From: Podarcis pityusensis
Lineage: Eukaryota
Assembly (NCBI GenBank): GCA_964106645.2
Contig: OZ067041.1
Direction: 5' to 3' (one strand)
DNA: 64,000 bases
The translations under genes were made by a program, and so were the position numbers. Under the pieces are notes generated by a model, which saw only the letters and a list, made by a program, of their open reading frames with translations, was not told the origin of the DNA and did not search any database. This document shows, piece by piece, positions 11,334-26,300 of this stretch (position 1 is its first letter; every line of letters starts with the position of its first letter).

Positions 11334-14300
11334 TTAGGCTAGGCTTCACTTCTATGCATTTTATATGTTAAGACCATTACACAGTTGCTTGGTAAAAGGG
11401 GTGGCTTAAAAGACACCCCCATTTCCTTAGAACACGTCAAGAGGTTATGAAAAGCCAAAAAAAGAAACAAAAAACCTCAAGAGTCATACTTAAGTGATTT
11501 CTGGCTTTAAAAAAAAGGTGGCTCCCAGATATAAAATTTCTGCATTGCTTCTTTCTGAAAAATATAGTAAAAACTTACATTTACTGGCAGACTCATCATT
11601 TCCAAGGTCAGAGTCATCATTTCCAAGGTCTTTATACAGGAGCTTCTCAGGTTTTGCAGAGTCACTAACACCCTGAGTTTCACCTTGCTGCTGATGAAGG
11701 CTAAAAGGAAGGAAGGATATGGGAGAAAAGCGATTAGTTTAGAAAAGTTTCTAAAATGTAAAGTTAATAGCCCTGTGTCACATCTGCAGAGCACACCATG
11801 GGCATAACATACAAAGACATGAACATTAGTTACAAGAAAAGTTTATTAAAGCTCTTTGTTTTGCTCTTGCAGGAGGAGCCTTTATGCACAGTCTTCCCTA
11901 TGCCAGCATCAACCATCAGAAAACTGAGTTAAGGTTGTATGGAGGGGAAAAACCATAGCGAGGTTCCTCCATAGTGAGGTTCTATAGTCTGGATGACAGC
12001 TTCCATGCTGTCCAAGTGTTCTAATAATACAGATTTCAGTCATACTATCCAATATCTAAACTCATGATCTCATATTCACAATAGCAAGGTTGCCTCATCA
12101 TTTTATCAATTGCATACCACTGTACAGTACTCTCTACCTTCTTCCTGATGCACTATTACCAAACACACCAACTCTTATGGGATACAGTTCTCAAAGTGGA
12201 ACATGGTCAGGATATGGACCCACGAAAGTTAAGCAACCTCTACTCACTCACCACTACCCCCGAGTCTGCATGTTAGAGGCCCACTACTATCTCCATCTCT
12301 TTTTGAATGCAAGGGCACAGCCTTCAGCAGCAAAAAAAAAACCACACAGCTTGTATAAGGGATTAGGAAATGTTTGGTATATCTCCATGTTTCTGTAATG
12401 TATTAAAAATGCAGTACACAAAAAAATACTGTAACTACTAAAGTGCCATTCTCTTGGAAGAATGTTTTGATTACGGATATCAACAGGTAACACACAAATA
12501 TGGGACATGATATAGCTGAAGATCTTTCGCCCCTATATAAACATTACCTTAGTTTTTGTTTGCAAGAGGCTAGGGAAGAAGAAACTGATATATTAGAAGC
12601 ATGTTCAGGAGATGAAAGGTTGCCTGTTCTTTGAATGGGGGAGAGAGGTTGGTCTGCATTCTGATGAGGGGCAGCAAAAGATGAGGCAACTGTATCTGCA
12701 GAACAGAAGGCAACCACATATTACTGTGCAATAGTATCTGAACAGCTACTGTAAGCTACAAAACACTTAATACCAGTGATGTGCATTTAAGGAGGGGTAA
12801 AAACACAGGAACATTGGAAGACTTTGGGTGCTTAAAAGATAGGCTTGGTACTCTCTAACACTGGTTTTCAGATTAGAAAAAATTGGTTCATTGCGGAAAA
12901 AATACAAAATAATTTTTTTCTGCACAGTACTTCTCACTTAAGTTTATCTCCATGTTTTGATTAAATAGCAGGAGCAAGAGAGNNNNNNNNNNNNNNNNNN
13001 NNNNNNNNNNNNNNNNNNNNNNNNNNNNNNNNNNNNNNNNNNNNNNNNNNNNNNNNNNNNNNNNNNNNNNNNNNNNNNNNNNNNNNNNNNNNNNNNNNNN
13101 NNNNNNNNNNNNAGTAAAAGACTATCAGTTTCAATGATAAATCTTGTGGCATTAAAAGGGGGTTAGATGAAAACAGCATTTCCATGTTTGCAGCAAGTAG
13201 AAATGGACCAAGGGAAGGAACCATCACGGCAGAAAACTCTTAATATCAGTAGCTCTTGATATCCACACAAAGCAACAACTTCACTCATAATTCATGAATA
13301 TCAAATTGCTTACCTTCAGAAAACAGCTTGTTACTAATATTTCTCTTTGCTTTGGAAACAGGAGTAGAAGACAGACGTCTAGAAGTAGACTTCTTCCGTG
13401 GAGGGGTTAGATGATCTTTCAAGTGATCCCCATTTCCTGGTGTCCATCTATAGCTTTTATTTTTTTGGCAGTGAAAGGGTAATTCTTGGGAATATAGATC
13501 ATCCTGTGCAAACCAAAGTCTTTGGCGAGATGCCATGTTACTTGCCATAGGTGAAGAGAATGTGGTTTTTGCTGGGCCAGCTGTGGTTTGAATGGCTTTG
13601 TATTGGTAATTCCTGTAGGCCTCTTCTAAATATTCAGCTTCTCTCTCCAATTCTTTTATTCTAGCCTTTGTATTAGCTACAAATTCTAAATCAGAATCTT
13701 GTGAAGTGTTAGATTTCAGTATGTGGTGATGATGTCTGGGGCTTGTACCATTTCCCATTCCAATAAAATCAGCCATTGGCTGTGTTTTCAGGAAAGCACC
13801 ATCTATATAAATATCAGGAGGTACAGTCTTGTCACCAAACAAGTCAATGACAGAACGATCAACCAAAGAGGGCTTTGGATTCCGATACACTTCATTCTCT
13901 AATGCTACAGGCAAGAATTTAATAGAGATAAAGAAAACAATTTAAGACAAATTTTGATTTGGTCATTGTATAATTAGCATGCAAAAATGAAAACTGAACT
14001 TACCTTACATTTTAATATAGTTATTCTACACACAAATCCAACATGATTTAATATAGCAAAAAACCTCAAATTTATTTCAGGTTTTTAAAGTTAGTATGAT
14101 CAAACAAAATGCACAGAAAATATTCAAATTAAGCTGAAAGTGTCAGAGCCACAAAAGAAGAGAGTTAGATCCAAAGAGCTGTCTATACCAGCAGAAGGCA
14201 GTTACACACACAAGAATAAAATGTTTAAAATCAAATATAGAAGTATAATGAAACTATTTGCCTAGTCATTTCAAGATCTGAGGAGGAGTATGAGGTCTCT

Positions 14301-17300
14301 TAAAGCTATAGTAAGGTACCCAAGGCGGGGGGGGGGGCAACCAAATACACAGAAAGCCACATTTAAATTGGACTTAACTCAATTTCAGAAATTGTGATTT
14401 CAAACAAAGAATGTTGTAACAGAAAGGAATTGGGGGGGGGGGTAAATAAGAAAATCTGAGTTGGGAGAAATAAAATATAGTTATGGAAGGTTTCTGGCTA
14501 AAAATGGCATAGACTCTTTTCATTTCTTGGCTCTGATTAAGGAGCCTTTAGTCCATGAAAGGAGCCTTTAGTCCATAAAAAAATGTTATTCTTTAAGATG
14601 CCACAAGAATCTTTGCTGATTCTGTTTCTGAACTGTCAGATATTGTCTACATATGGTCAAGATCTTTCTCCATAATAAAAAATGTTTTAAATTTAAAAAA
14701 TCACAATATCAGACTTTTACAAAAAAAAAAATACATGACATTTTTCATGTGTATTATTTCAATCTGCTCCAATGCTTAAATAAAATTGCTCTAAATAAAG
14801 CCTGATCTTATTCTGAGTTAGCCCAAAAGTGGAGAGGATTTTTCAAACCTGTCTGTGTCTGTTTCAGTTGTAGCTTAAGGTCTTCCATTTGTGCATTTAA
14901 CTTCCTGATAGTATTTTCACATTCCGACAACTGAGTCTTCAGCTGTACACAATGTTCAATCTAAAAAGATTTCAGAGACAAAATGCCTTACTAATTCAAG
15001 AGCATTCTTAACACACTGAAGCAAATAATCCATATAGTTACAAATGAGCAATGAGCCCCCCAGGTCTCAAATGAATGAACTGGTGGAAGGCAGGCAGAGA
15101 GAAACAGATATTTTGATTTTGAGACCACCAGTTCCTCATCTAGAGAAATGAAGAATATGAATGTAGAGTCTACACTTGGCCTTTATTTCGGAGAATTTAG
15201 TTGTCTAATTCCTCAAGTATAATATTAGCACAGTAAGCATTTACAACACTAACAATTTACTTAGTGTCATGCAAAGAGTTCTCAATTCAGCAGCAAATAC
15301 AAGTGTAGAGGGTGTGCACTGCTTTTGCAGGATCAGACTGTATTTTTTAACACTGGTTTTAGACTTTAATAATTTGGAGTGAGGAAAATGTGGTTGATGA
15401 ATTTATGCTGATTCTATTGTGTTTAAAAAAGTATTTTTTAGAAGAATGAGCGTAAACAACAAAATGGCACGTTTACCTCATTTTGTAACTGTTTTTCCAA
15501 GAGCTGCTTATGAGTGTCAGATTCTTCACCTTCAAGCTTCCTAGCATGTTTTGCTCTTTTCAGCTCTGCCTCAAGGACCAAATATTCAGCTGATGGCCGA
15601 CTCAACTCTATAAATGGGGGGGGGGGGGGGAGGGATAAAGTTAAAATCTAACCTTGCCAGGAAACACTGCATCTGATAAACAGATACTCTGTAGCAGACC
15701 ACCCAACTACAGTGTTACCTCAGGTTACATATGCTTCAGGTTACACACTCCGCTAACCCAGAAATAGTACCTCGGGTTAAGAACTTTGTTTCAGGATGAG
15801 AACAGAAATCGTGCTCCGGCGGTGCGGCGGCAGCGGGAGGCCCCATTAGCTAAAGTGGTGCTTCAGGTTAAGAACAGTTTCAGGTTAAAAACGGACCGGA
15901 ACGAATTAAGTACGTAACCAGAGGTACCACTGTACACTCTTTAGCGTCCCATGCTATGATTCAAATGGTTTAACTCATGGAAAGCCCTGGATGCAGGCAG
16001 TCACTGAACATTATTCTTAGCATTAATCAGGACTTAACGAAAGATTAATAAGGTTCCATCCAATAATCAGAAAAAACATTGATGTGGGTTTTGCACAAAT
16101 CAACATGGATACTGAGGACAGCACAGCACAACAAACCAAGGAGAGGAGCAAACAGCGGACTGCCTTATGAAGTCCTATTGGTGAAGCTCCTTCAAAAACT
16201 TGAGTCATTGATCTGTGTTTTTGGCTATCTTAGCCTCTGGGGCATCAAAACACTCAAGTACATAATATACACATTGACATACACAACTTATAATAAGGGC
16301 ATATAACCAAGCCAATTGAGGTCCCTCTATATCTGAGGTCATCTTTTTAGCTCCTTGCTTGAATCACAGTCATTTGTATATAATCAGCAAAGCACATATG
16401 CTTTAGCCTTTGGCTAACTACTCCAGATTTTATATCTTGTGCAACACAATTTTAAAGAAAGCCCATTGATGTCATTGTCACTATTCAATAGGTCCAGTGA
16501 CAGTCTTGCAAAAGATAGGTGCAGATAAGTAGTTTTGGACTTTAGGAGTTACTTCCTGAAGCACTATGAAAACCCTGAAAAACCCATTTAGTTATGACAG
16601 AAATACAAAAGAAAAACGAATAGATATTTAACACAGAGAAACAAATAAAAGAGCAGACATGCTATTACATTTCTAAAATGTATTTTCTTTGCAAATCTTG
16701 CTAATAAATTTTTTCAAAGAATATTAGATTCACACTAACTGTCTCGGAGTTCCAAGTTTTCATTGCGAGCCTCTTCCAACTGTTGTTTGAGTAGCTTATT
16801 CTGCACCTGAAGTTCCATTTTCTCTTCTTTTAGTGTTGGATAATCTGAGACTTCTTCCAGTTTTTTTGTCATCAACTGATTTTGCTTGCTTAATAATAAA
16901 ACTTGAGCCTTGACTGAATCTATTTCCAGCTGGAAACAAATACCATATTGGGGGGGGGGGGGGGAGTTAGTAGACCTCTTCCAGGATATAATTGGATAAT
17001 TTATTCATCTGAATTATAAAGGTAGTAAAAATATATTGCTAAAACAGACATTTTAACTTCAATTACCTCAAGCTCTTTTGAATGTGATACAGCATGTTCA
17101 AATTCTTGCTTTTTTGAATTAAGAGAAATGGTCTCTTCATGCAAAAGCATAGCTTTATCTGGTCAAAAACAGGGAAGTTTTATATTAGACATATTTCATT
17201 AAATAAAAGTCAAACATTTATTTTTGAGTAGTAGGTTTTTTTTAAATAGAGAGATAGATATAAAAAACACCTTTAATTTTTTTCTCATCTTCAGTAATTT

Positions 17301-20300
17301 TCTTGGTTCTAGCTATGTATTCTTCATTTAGTTCAAGCTGATACCTAAGAATAAAAAGCATTGTGGAGTGTTGCCAAATTATTGAAGACTTTTAATTGAT
17401 TAAGCACTGTCAGCTTCAATTCCATGTGTCTTTATAACTAAAGTCATAGTAGCTTTATCCTGGATAACTAACCATGTTCAATCTTCAGATTCAAATCAGA
17501 GGGAGAACCCATATATAAAATTATAGTCCTAAACACAATTGACAGCTAGTTGAATCCAAGCAGATGAACTCAATTGAAACTTGCTTAAAACTGCACTCTT
17601 GGTTTCTTTTTGTTCAAAGTTGGCACAGGAGGAAAGAGGCCAGTATATCTGTGTACCCTGGCCAGCAGCATTTCCTTCAATCATGACAAGCCTACAAAAT
17701 TTAATCTGAGTTTAAATATTTGAGCATCTCCTGATTAAATATTGAATATTTGAGCATCTCCTAATTAAAATCTAAATCCCTAAAACAGCAATGGCTAGCC
17801 TTTTTAAGGCAGAGGATCACATTGCCCTTTGGTCAGCACTCCAGGGACTGAAGTATAGAGGTGGGCATGGGCAATGTGTGAAGTACCGTACTTTTCTGTG
17901 TAGAAAATTAGGTTTTTCTCTCTAAAAATCATGCTAAAAAGTGGAGGTCGTCTTATACAAGGGGAGTGCATAGGGTGTACGTTTGATTGGTTTCTGCCAT
18001 GGCTGTCAGTGGCTATTATTGGTTGTTATTGGTTGCTGTCTCAATGGGTGGTGTTTAGTGGCCGACGCTGCAGCAATTGGGCAGGCAATTGGCAGCTTCT
18101 ACTGGCGAGGGAACAGATGAGCTCAACAACCCTGGGTAATCCAGCACCCCCAAAAAAGCTCAACAGCTTTGTGCCATCTCCCCCATTTTCTTAAATTTGA
18201 GTCCCCCAAAATAGGGGGCATTTTATACATGGGGGCATCTTACATACAGAAAAGTACGGTACAAAAAAATATAGGGGAGCAAATACGACCTGTGGGCTAG
18301 TCACCCCTGCCCTAGTAGAGTTTCAGGTCATTGCAAGAGGATGAACAAGAAACCTCTGTAGGCTTGCTGCTTCCATTACTCTCCTCTTGTCCATAGGGCA
18401 AGAGCTCCAAATTCCATCTCTTCACATCAGACTGACAGAAACATCCCTAGTATATAAAAATGCTCCATAAATGTTTCACTTATTAGTATATTCTGTCTGT
18501 CTCTACTATGCAACTACTTTTCTATGTGCATCATATGCAGTCACTGAAGGAGACAGGCAAATTAATTACTTTAGGAGTTCGTTCTTTAGTTTCTGGTCGT
18601 AAGTCTCTTCAATGTTCTTCACAGTTACCTCTCGATGACGAAGTGCATCTTCTACAGTTTTATTTTTTGATTCTTGAAGGTTTTGAGCTCTGAAGCAAAG
18701 AAAGAAAATGCACAATAAAATAATCCTAACAGAACAAATCAGGTGACAGAAGCATCAGAAACATGATGGGGAACTTATTATTACAGTGGAACTCACAAAA
18801 AAATGCTTCAATATGTGCCTAGGAGTGCTCTTGTCCAAGACCCTGGCCAGCCTAGAACAATAATCTTGGATTAATATTCTGGCCTCGTGGGGGGGTGGGT
18901 GCTGAGGTAAGAAGCAAATGGCTATTCTGCCACCCCATTAGAGTTCTTTTTTTAAAGTGCTCTTTTTTTGTGCTCCTGCAACCCTTGAGATTTTCACCAA
19001 GCTTCCTACCATCTCCCTCATATGTGGATGCAGCCATCTTAAGTACCCACACATGGCGAACTGAGTTTGCTATTTGATTTGTTATTATGTTTTTACTTGG
19101 TAGGTTTAAAGTGACTCAGATGATAATGTGTCTTCAGACCCCCACATTTCCCATAATTATCATATGGACAATAGTTTCATATTCAAATGTTCCCTTCTGT
19201 AACTACACTTCCCTTCCAATCAGTTTAGAGCAAGAATAGCAGTAAAGCTGGATGTCAGCTTCTTCAAATACCCCTCTCCATCCAAACCCTTCCACCCACA
19301 CTGTGCTTTGCAAAGCCACTTTTAACAGCACCTATGCTACTTCCCATAGTCAATCCCAAACTTATCATCAGCTTAATCTCCTTCCCACATGGCACTGTTC
19401 CCCACCCCAAATTTCTTCATTATGTCAAAACAAAACAAAAAACATCCTGGCAGCTTAAACTACCTTGCCATACAACTCTCCAGGGTCACTATTACCCATT
19501 TCGGTTTGACTGCAAATGCTGGCAAATTACAAATTCCACACTCCGCACTGCATGAGCACAGAGATCTGTATTAAAGCATACTGCAGCAATCACTGGTAGG
19601 TCAGTTTACAGCATAGCTACCAAGCCCTAGCAGATCTAAATGTGGGCTGTGGTAAAGATTAGGCCTTAAATCTGACAACCCTACTGTTGAACATATACTA
19701 CTGATTTCAGGAAATCTTGAACAACACTGGCTCACGAACTAATTATTTAGGACTGCAAATGCTGAAAGTAAAGGAATTACAAGGGAGGATGAAGCTTATT
19801 CCTCTATTTCAAAGGTTCACCAGCTCCCTCTTCTGGGTAATCAGAGGGATTTTCATCTATCATTAAACTGAAGGGGAGGGAAAGGGAATTAAAAGGCGAC
19901 AAACTTAAACTGCCTAATCAGTTAATTATGGATTCCTGAGCAACTATGCTTAAATATTATTTATTGTATGTATTTAACTAACAAAAGTTGCATACTTATT
20001 TGATGGAAAACTTCTAAGTAGTTCACAAACGCATATTCTCCTAAATATACATCAGGACTAATGGCAAAACATCAACATGCACTGTTGTCAGTATCTAGAT
20101 GGTTTAATTAAAAAACAAAAAAATGTATTGACTTCAAGACAAACTGTCAAAGCAATGCCAACTTTTCGATGAAACACCATAAAACTCAAGTTAACAGGGA
20201 ACAATTCTGCCGCTAAAAGCAGCTGGATAATACTGTTTCTAGAGGTGTAACATTACATTTAATGAAATAAGAGTAAATGAAGCTTCATACTAACTGTAGC

Positions 20301-23300
20301 ATTTAGAAGGCCAAGAAAAATATGGGGTTTTTCCCCAACTAAAGTTATATGAATGTTTAACAACTCACAGTTCAAAAGCTTCTATTCTCTGCTTCAGTTC
20401 TGCCTCTCGGGATCTTACTGTTTCAATATCTTTCAGCAGGCTTTGCCTTTGCAGATAAATTTCCCTTGCATCAATCTATTGGAAAAAACATATTTGTATT
20501 ATATGCAGCCCCAAATGTAGCAACACCTGCATATTCTATATGAGATTTGGAAGACTGTATTCACAACTAGCATTCTATTGTTAAGCGGTTGCTGGAACTG
20601 CCTGCGCTTCATTATGCAGTTTGCTGATAAAATTAGTTACTACTAGAAGACTTAGCAGTAGTTACAACAGGTATCTTATGAGTTATGGGAAGAGTTCTAT
20701 GATTTATTTATTTTTAAGTGGCTAACAGTGCGAAGGGAATAAGACGCAAATATTAGGACATGGAAGATGCATTTCCACTTTTTCAAATACAGCATCCCAC
20801 ACAATTACTTATGCAGTGCATTTTAATAGCAGGTGGTCACATTTTTCAGCACAAATTGCAGATTAGGAACAAACCACAATGGAAGATACATAGAAGTAAC
20901 CTGCAAGCAAAATACATAGTCATTCCCAATACATTTCCCAGTATGGCTCTTGATATAGGATAAAACCTCCATTCTATTTAGTTCAATTTTTTCAAACATT
21001 ACCTCTTGCTGCTTCTGAAGCCTCTCAATAGCATTTCTTTCTCGAGAGCTTAGAGCCTCTGACTTGGCTCTGTGAACTTTTTCAAATTCTTTACGAAGCT
21101 CTGAAATCTCTTTCTGGGATTGTGCTCTCTCGTCCATCTTAATTTTGGCTATTTCAACCTCTTTGAAGTGTTGCAACTGTGACATTCAAAATAAAATTAT
21201 AAGTGTCAACTGTCACATAAAAACATTAGATCACAGGTAGATGGCTAATTCTTGTGACTAGCAAATCCCTCCTGTGTAAGAATGTGATAAAGTACCATGG
21301 TAAATCCACTGCTCTACAACTAATCAGATCTCCCAATTTTCCTTTTCTTAAAAGCAGCTGTTGGGTGAACAGGCATTTGCAGCAAGCACTGATGCATGCA
21401 AGGATTAAGCCACATTATAGCCCTGATCCAAGTCACTTCCTATAGTTTTTAAAGACAAAGTGATCTAATCACAGATCTCCTGGTTAATGTAAGTTTGGCC
21501 ATTAAGTGAGCAAGCAACTGAGACAGAGCATTTAGTTGATCCTGCAACTTATCCCTATGATTACTCCTACTAATCATAATGTAAACAGCCATGTCTTGCT
21601 CAATAAATGTTTGTCCTCTGCTTTTCCTTCATGTATTTTGTGTACTCTGAGAAAAAGTAAATTGTTGTACTAACAAAAGCATCAAATAGGCACATGAAAA
21701 TTTGCATTAAGACTGACAAAACATCATTGCCTCTCCTCCCATTTCCCTTCACCTTCTGAGACATTTCCTCTTGAAGCTGCTGTTCTACTTCTTTTTTATA
21801 TTCAGCAAGTTTTACTTCAAACGACTCAGATTTGTGGCATTGAGGATACATGTCTGCAAACTGTTCATCAATCAGTTGAAGTTTCTCAGCTATGAAAAAA
21901 TATATAAAAGGCATTGTTCCATTATATGTGATCATACTAAACAAAAGAAATTAACATTGTTGACATTTTTATAGGGGCCAGCTCTCCTAATTCATTTTAT
22001 TATGCTATGATGCCAATGATGATTTATATTTATTGGTTGCTTTACTCATGGAAACATAATAAGAAATACTAAAACCAGTTACAATAAACACCATCAATAC
22101 CTCCCCCCATCCCAAATCACACATCTATAGAAATAAGAGACATGTCTTACAGATCCTGCCCCCTCCCCAAAGAGTCCACAAATACTTTTTAAAATCTTCA
22201 AATTAATGACCTAAAGCTTAGGTTAAAAGGAAGTCTTTGCCTGGTGCCTAACAGATAAATATAGCACCAGACAAAAGTCCCGTTAGAGAGCAGTCCACAA
22301 GCAGGAAGTAACTACTGAAAAGTGGCAGAGAGCACGCAATTGTGATTGACTCTGTCAACAGCCTGCACCATTCACATATTACACAAATTAGCCAGGGCCT
22401 CAAAAGAAGCACCAGTCATATGAGTCGGAAAATCCCCAAGAACTACCTGGAAGCCATCTGCCTCCAAGGGAAGGCCAACCTAATTGGTCCCCTGCCTCTG
22501 CTGAGGGGGAAAGGGTCTGAAAGCATAAATCTATGACTAACCTCTACTAAAAAGAGCACCAAGGAATAAATGAAAGAGAGAAAACAATATAGAAATAAAT
22601 CAGGTATCTAGCAGCCTGAAACTATGCTCCAGCTTAAATAGATGCCACTGTACTCCAGACTGCATCTGTATTCCATTCCTAACTTTCATTCTATGAATAG
22701 ATTGCTTAGGCTAGTATTGCATTTGTGTTAGAACTGTTCATCTGAAATATGTTTTATGTCCTATGCAGTGTTTTGGAGTATACAGTACAGTGATGATAAA
22801 GGATATTCTGCAATGGCTAAAATGGAAAATAACCTATTTCCCACAACCATAGAGAGAATGCCTGGGCTGCAGGTGCAGGAAGTAGAAGAGGATGATGTGA
22901 CTGGTGTATATATTAGTATACTTTTTAACCCTGCAAGATTATTATTTTGGGGGGGGGGGGATAATTCTGCTACTTTTGTTCTACACTTGTGCAGCTGGCT
23001 AGGTGTAGCAAATTCATTGGACCGGTCTAGTACATACCTATGCAATCACATACTTATCTTTCCAGAGAACTCTCTGTACCATTTTCAACGTTTCTGTTTT
23101 CTCTCAAAGCACAAAACTCACAACCATATTGTGTTGAAATGTGAACCCATAATTATGTTTTGATCCACATTTAGAAACTGTAACATATAAATATGTGCAA
23201 CTCCTTCTTAGCTAAAAGCTTTCCCAACTTTTTTGAAGGATTATATGCTTTTTAAAGGTAAAAAGTTGTACATATACTCCAGTTAGTAAAGAGTTATGTC

Positions 23301-26300
23301 AGAAGCAGTAGGAAAGCAAGGCTACAGAACAGATGCTACAGTATTCTCTTTCTTAAGGCTGAATATATAAATAGCTAAGAAAGTCTGAGGATAAAGCAAT
23401 TGCAGTAACTCCACTTACCAAGAGATTCTTTACCAGGTGTGGGACTGGTCTGAGTTTCTGTGTTGCAGATCTGCTTATGCAGGCTATGGTCTATCAGTTC
23501 AGTTAATATCTGTACAAGAAAGCCTTAGAGATACACCATTAATCACACATCTCTTCTCCAACAAATGACAAGTTTCAAACTCAAGAAGGAATAAATAATA
23601 TTCTGCAACAGTAAAAGAGTACCAATGAACGGAAGTTGAACAATTCTAAAGAAAAAAAGCTGTCCCTCTTATTTTTAAAATTTCTTCAAAAAGAGCCTAT
23701 GGTAGCAAATAATACATAAAAATATTTTTTTAAAAAAACAACTAAACATATCTGAAACATTTCAAAACAGGTAAAACATTTTTAACATATAACATGTACA
23801 TATGGTTTCCAACACCCATATTATGGGGAAGTTGTTTGAGAGTGTGCTGGCTGCCCAGTTCCAGGTACTCTTGGAGAAAGCAGATTATCTAGACTCATTT
23901 CAGTCTGGGTTCAGGCCTGGTTATGAGACTCCATTGGTCTTGATCACCCTGGATGCTCTTTATCAGGATAGGGGACTGTAACCCTCTTACTCTACCACTC
24001 AGCTGCTTTTGATACTATCAACAATGCTTTCCTGCTGGTTCGGCCTTGTGAGTTGGGAGCAGGGGACACTCTTCTGCAGTGTTACCACTATTTGTGGGGC
24101 TGGTTCCACAGATAGCATTAGGTAACCGTTTGTTAGCAGTTATGAAAGGAACCATCTTGTCCACACTACTATTCAACATCTATATAAAGCTGTTGGGAAT
24201 GGTCATTACGGGAGTGCTTCTTATTTCTCTGTAACATCTGAATCAGGAGCTGTGCAGATTCAGAATCAGTGACTGAGAGTAGTGATGGACTAGATGAGGG
24301 CCAATAAACAGAAACCCAGCAAGATGGAGGCTTTGTGAGTAGGTGGTCCCCAGGTCCAGGAATTAGGCAATTTGCCTGGTCTGGATAAGGTTGCACCTGC
24401 TCTGCAGGAGCTGGTTCATACAATGGGGTGCTTCTGAATCCATCATTAACACTGGAGGCTCATGTGGCTCCAGGGGAAATGAGTGTCTTCTATCAGTTTC
24501 AGTAGATATGCCAGCTGCAGCCATTCCTAGAGACAGTCTTGCTGCAGTGACCCAGGCACCGGTAACCTCAATACTTTATTAATGCAATGTGTTCTACATG
24601 GGGCTTCCATAATATTGGTCTAGAAGCTGTGCAGAATGAAGCAGTTAAGTTACTAACACCATTTTTAAAGGAACTGCCCTGGCTGCTAATTTGCTACTGC
24701 ACCAAGTTTTAGGTATTAACGTATAAGGCCCCAAACAATTTGGGACCAGTTTATCAAAGTGAACATCTTCACCTACGCAAATCTGCCCATTCCCTAACAT
24801 CACCTACAGAGGCCCTCATGGATAAGCCACAGCCAGGAGACATCCACTTGGATTACCCAGTAAGAGGGCCTTCCCTGGCTGTGTCCACTCTCCCAAGTTG
24901 TCATCCCTAGAAATAAGGCATGCGCCAACAATGAGGCAACTCCAGCACATGCTGAAAACTTTTTTGTTTAGCAAGGTTTGTGATGGCTACTGATGCTACT
25001 TTTTCTTGTATTTGTATTATATTTTGATATTGTTGCACACAGGCTTCAGGTGGCCACAAAATGTGCATTATTTTGTTTTTCTGTCTAAATATTTATGTAT
25101 GCTATCCAGAGTTGCTGTTCAAACTCCTCTCTTCCAAACAGCAGCTTGCCTCTTCAGCAGCAGGATCTGCTTATGCGAAAATGTCAAAGAAACCACTGGA
25201 CACTTATTTTAATGTCAAATGTTTCCATCTGTTTTTAACTGCTGTACTTTTATTATTAACATTAAAAAAAAATTAAACTACCATGGAGGTTTTGAGTGAA
25301 ACCCTGTTTTGAGTTAACTGTTATTTAAACAATTAATTAAATTGTTTAAACACGTGTGCATAATTTTAAACACACACAATATCTTTGGACTGTGGCCTAC
25401 AATCTTAACTTACTTAGAATATATGTACATTATAGCTGTACCTTTCGTATTCTCTTTTTCTGAAGCTGAAATCTGGAAAAACAAAAAAATAATTTAGTCA
25501 ATTTATACGACAGTCCCGAGCGCCAGCTGAAGAGCTGCAAAGTAGCTGCCACACCCCAAGCCCTGCCACTCCCACTGGCCAGGGCAAAAGCTATGGGGCA
25601 TATCCTTCCCCCTTTTTTGCTATGTGAATTCCAGGCAGGTGCACCAGAGGGGTCTGAGGAACAGGCAGCATCCCACAATACTCCCTTTGGGGCTTTTCTG
25701 CAAGCTTCTGCCAGTGAGAGAACAACCACTAATAGTTTCCCACTCCACAGAGTGCAGTAGGGCCTTCGCAGCAGTGCAGCAAAGGGTCTCTACCACCTTA
25801 TCCTAACCCTCTTCCACAGCACAGGTGGTGGATTTTGACTGCATTCTTATCTACCCAATGCTTAACAAAAAATAAGATTGCAAGAAATAAATTATTTTAC
25901 CAGTGCTTTGTAAAGATCAGTCTTTGGATTGATCCTTATCAGCTGTAGTAAATCTTGCATGGTGAGGGCCTTTATAAGGAGATAAAGAAACCAGATAACT
26001 CTCAATTATACATTTGACAATCCATATTGTCAAAACAAAAAGTTAAACAACTAAGCCAACAAAATCAAAATGAGATAATGATTGGGATGTCACATATACC
26101 TTCACTGTTTGTATCAAGGCCAATTATTGCATGCCATCATACACACTTTTGCAGTCAAACACACAGGCACTCAGAAGTTAACACAGTTTCACAATGATTC
26201 GCATTGAGTCTTACAATCATTCACTCTTGCATACACACACAGGAGTTCACACATACACAATGTCTCACCTTCAGAGGCTCAGAAACAGTCACTCAGTCAG

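Noticed and set aside
14540-14579. 20-bp tandem duplication (another of about 31 bp near 17714-17769)
   Set aside because: Deep intronic, no splice or motif consequence seen; ordinary slippage
17271-17290. Possible frameshift or stop in the A-run of OFD1 exon 11
   Set aside because: A recount gives 7 A, GAT GAG AAA AAA ATT AAA G; the frame is intact
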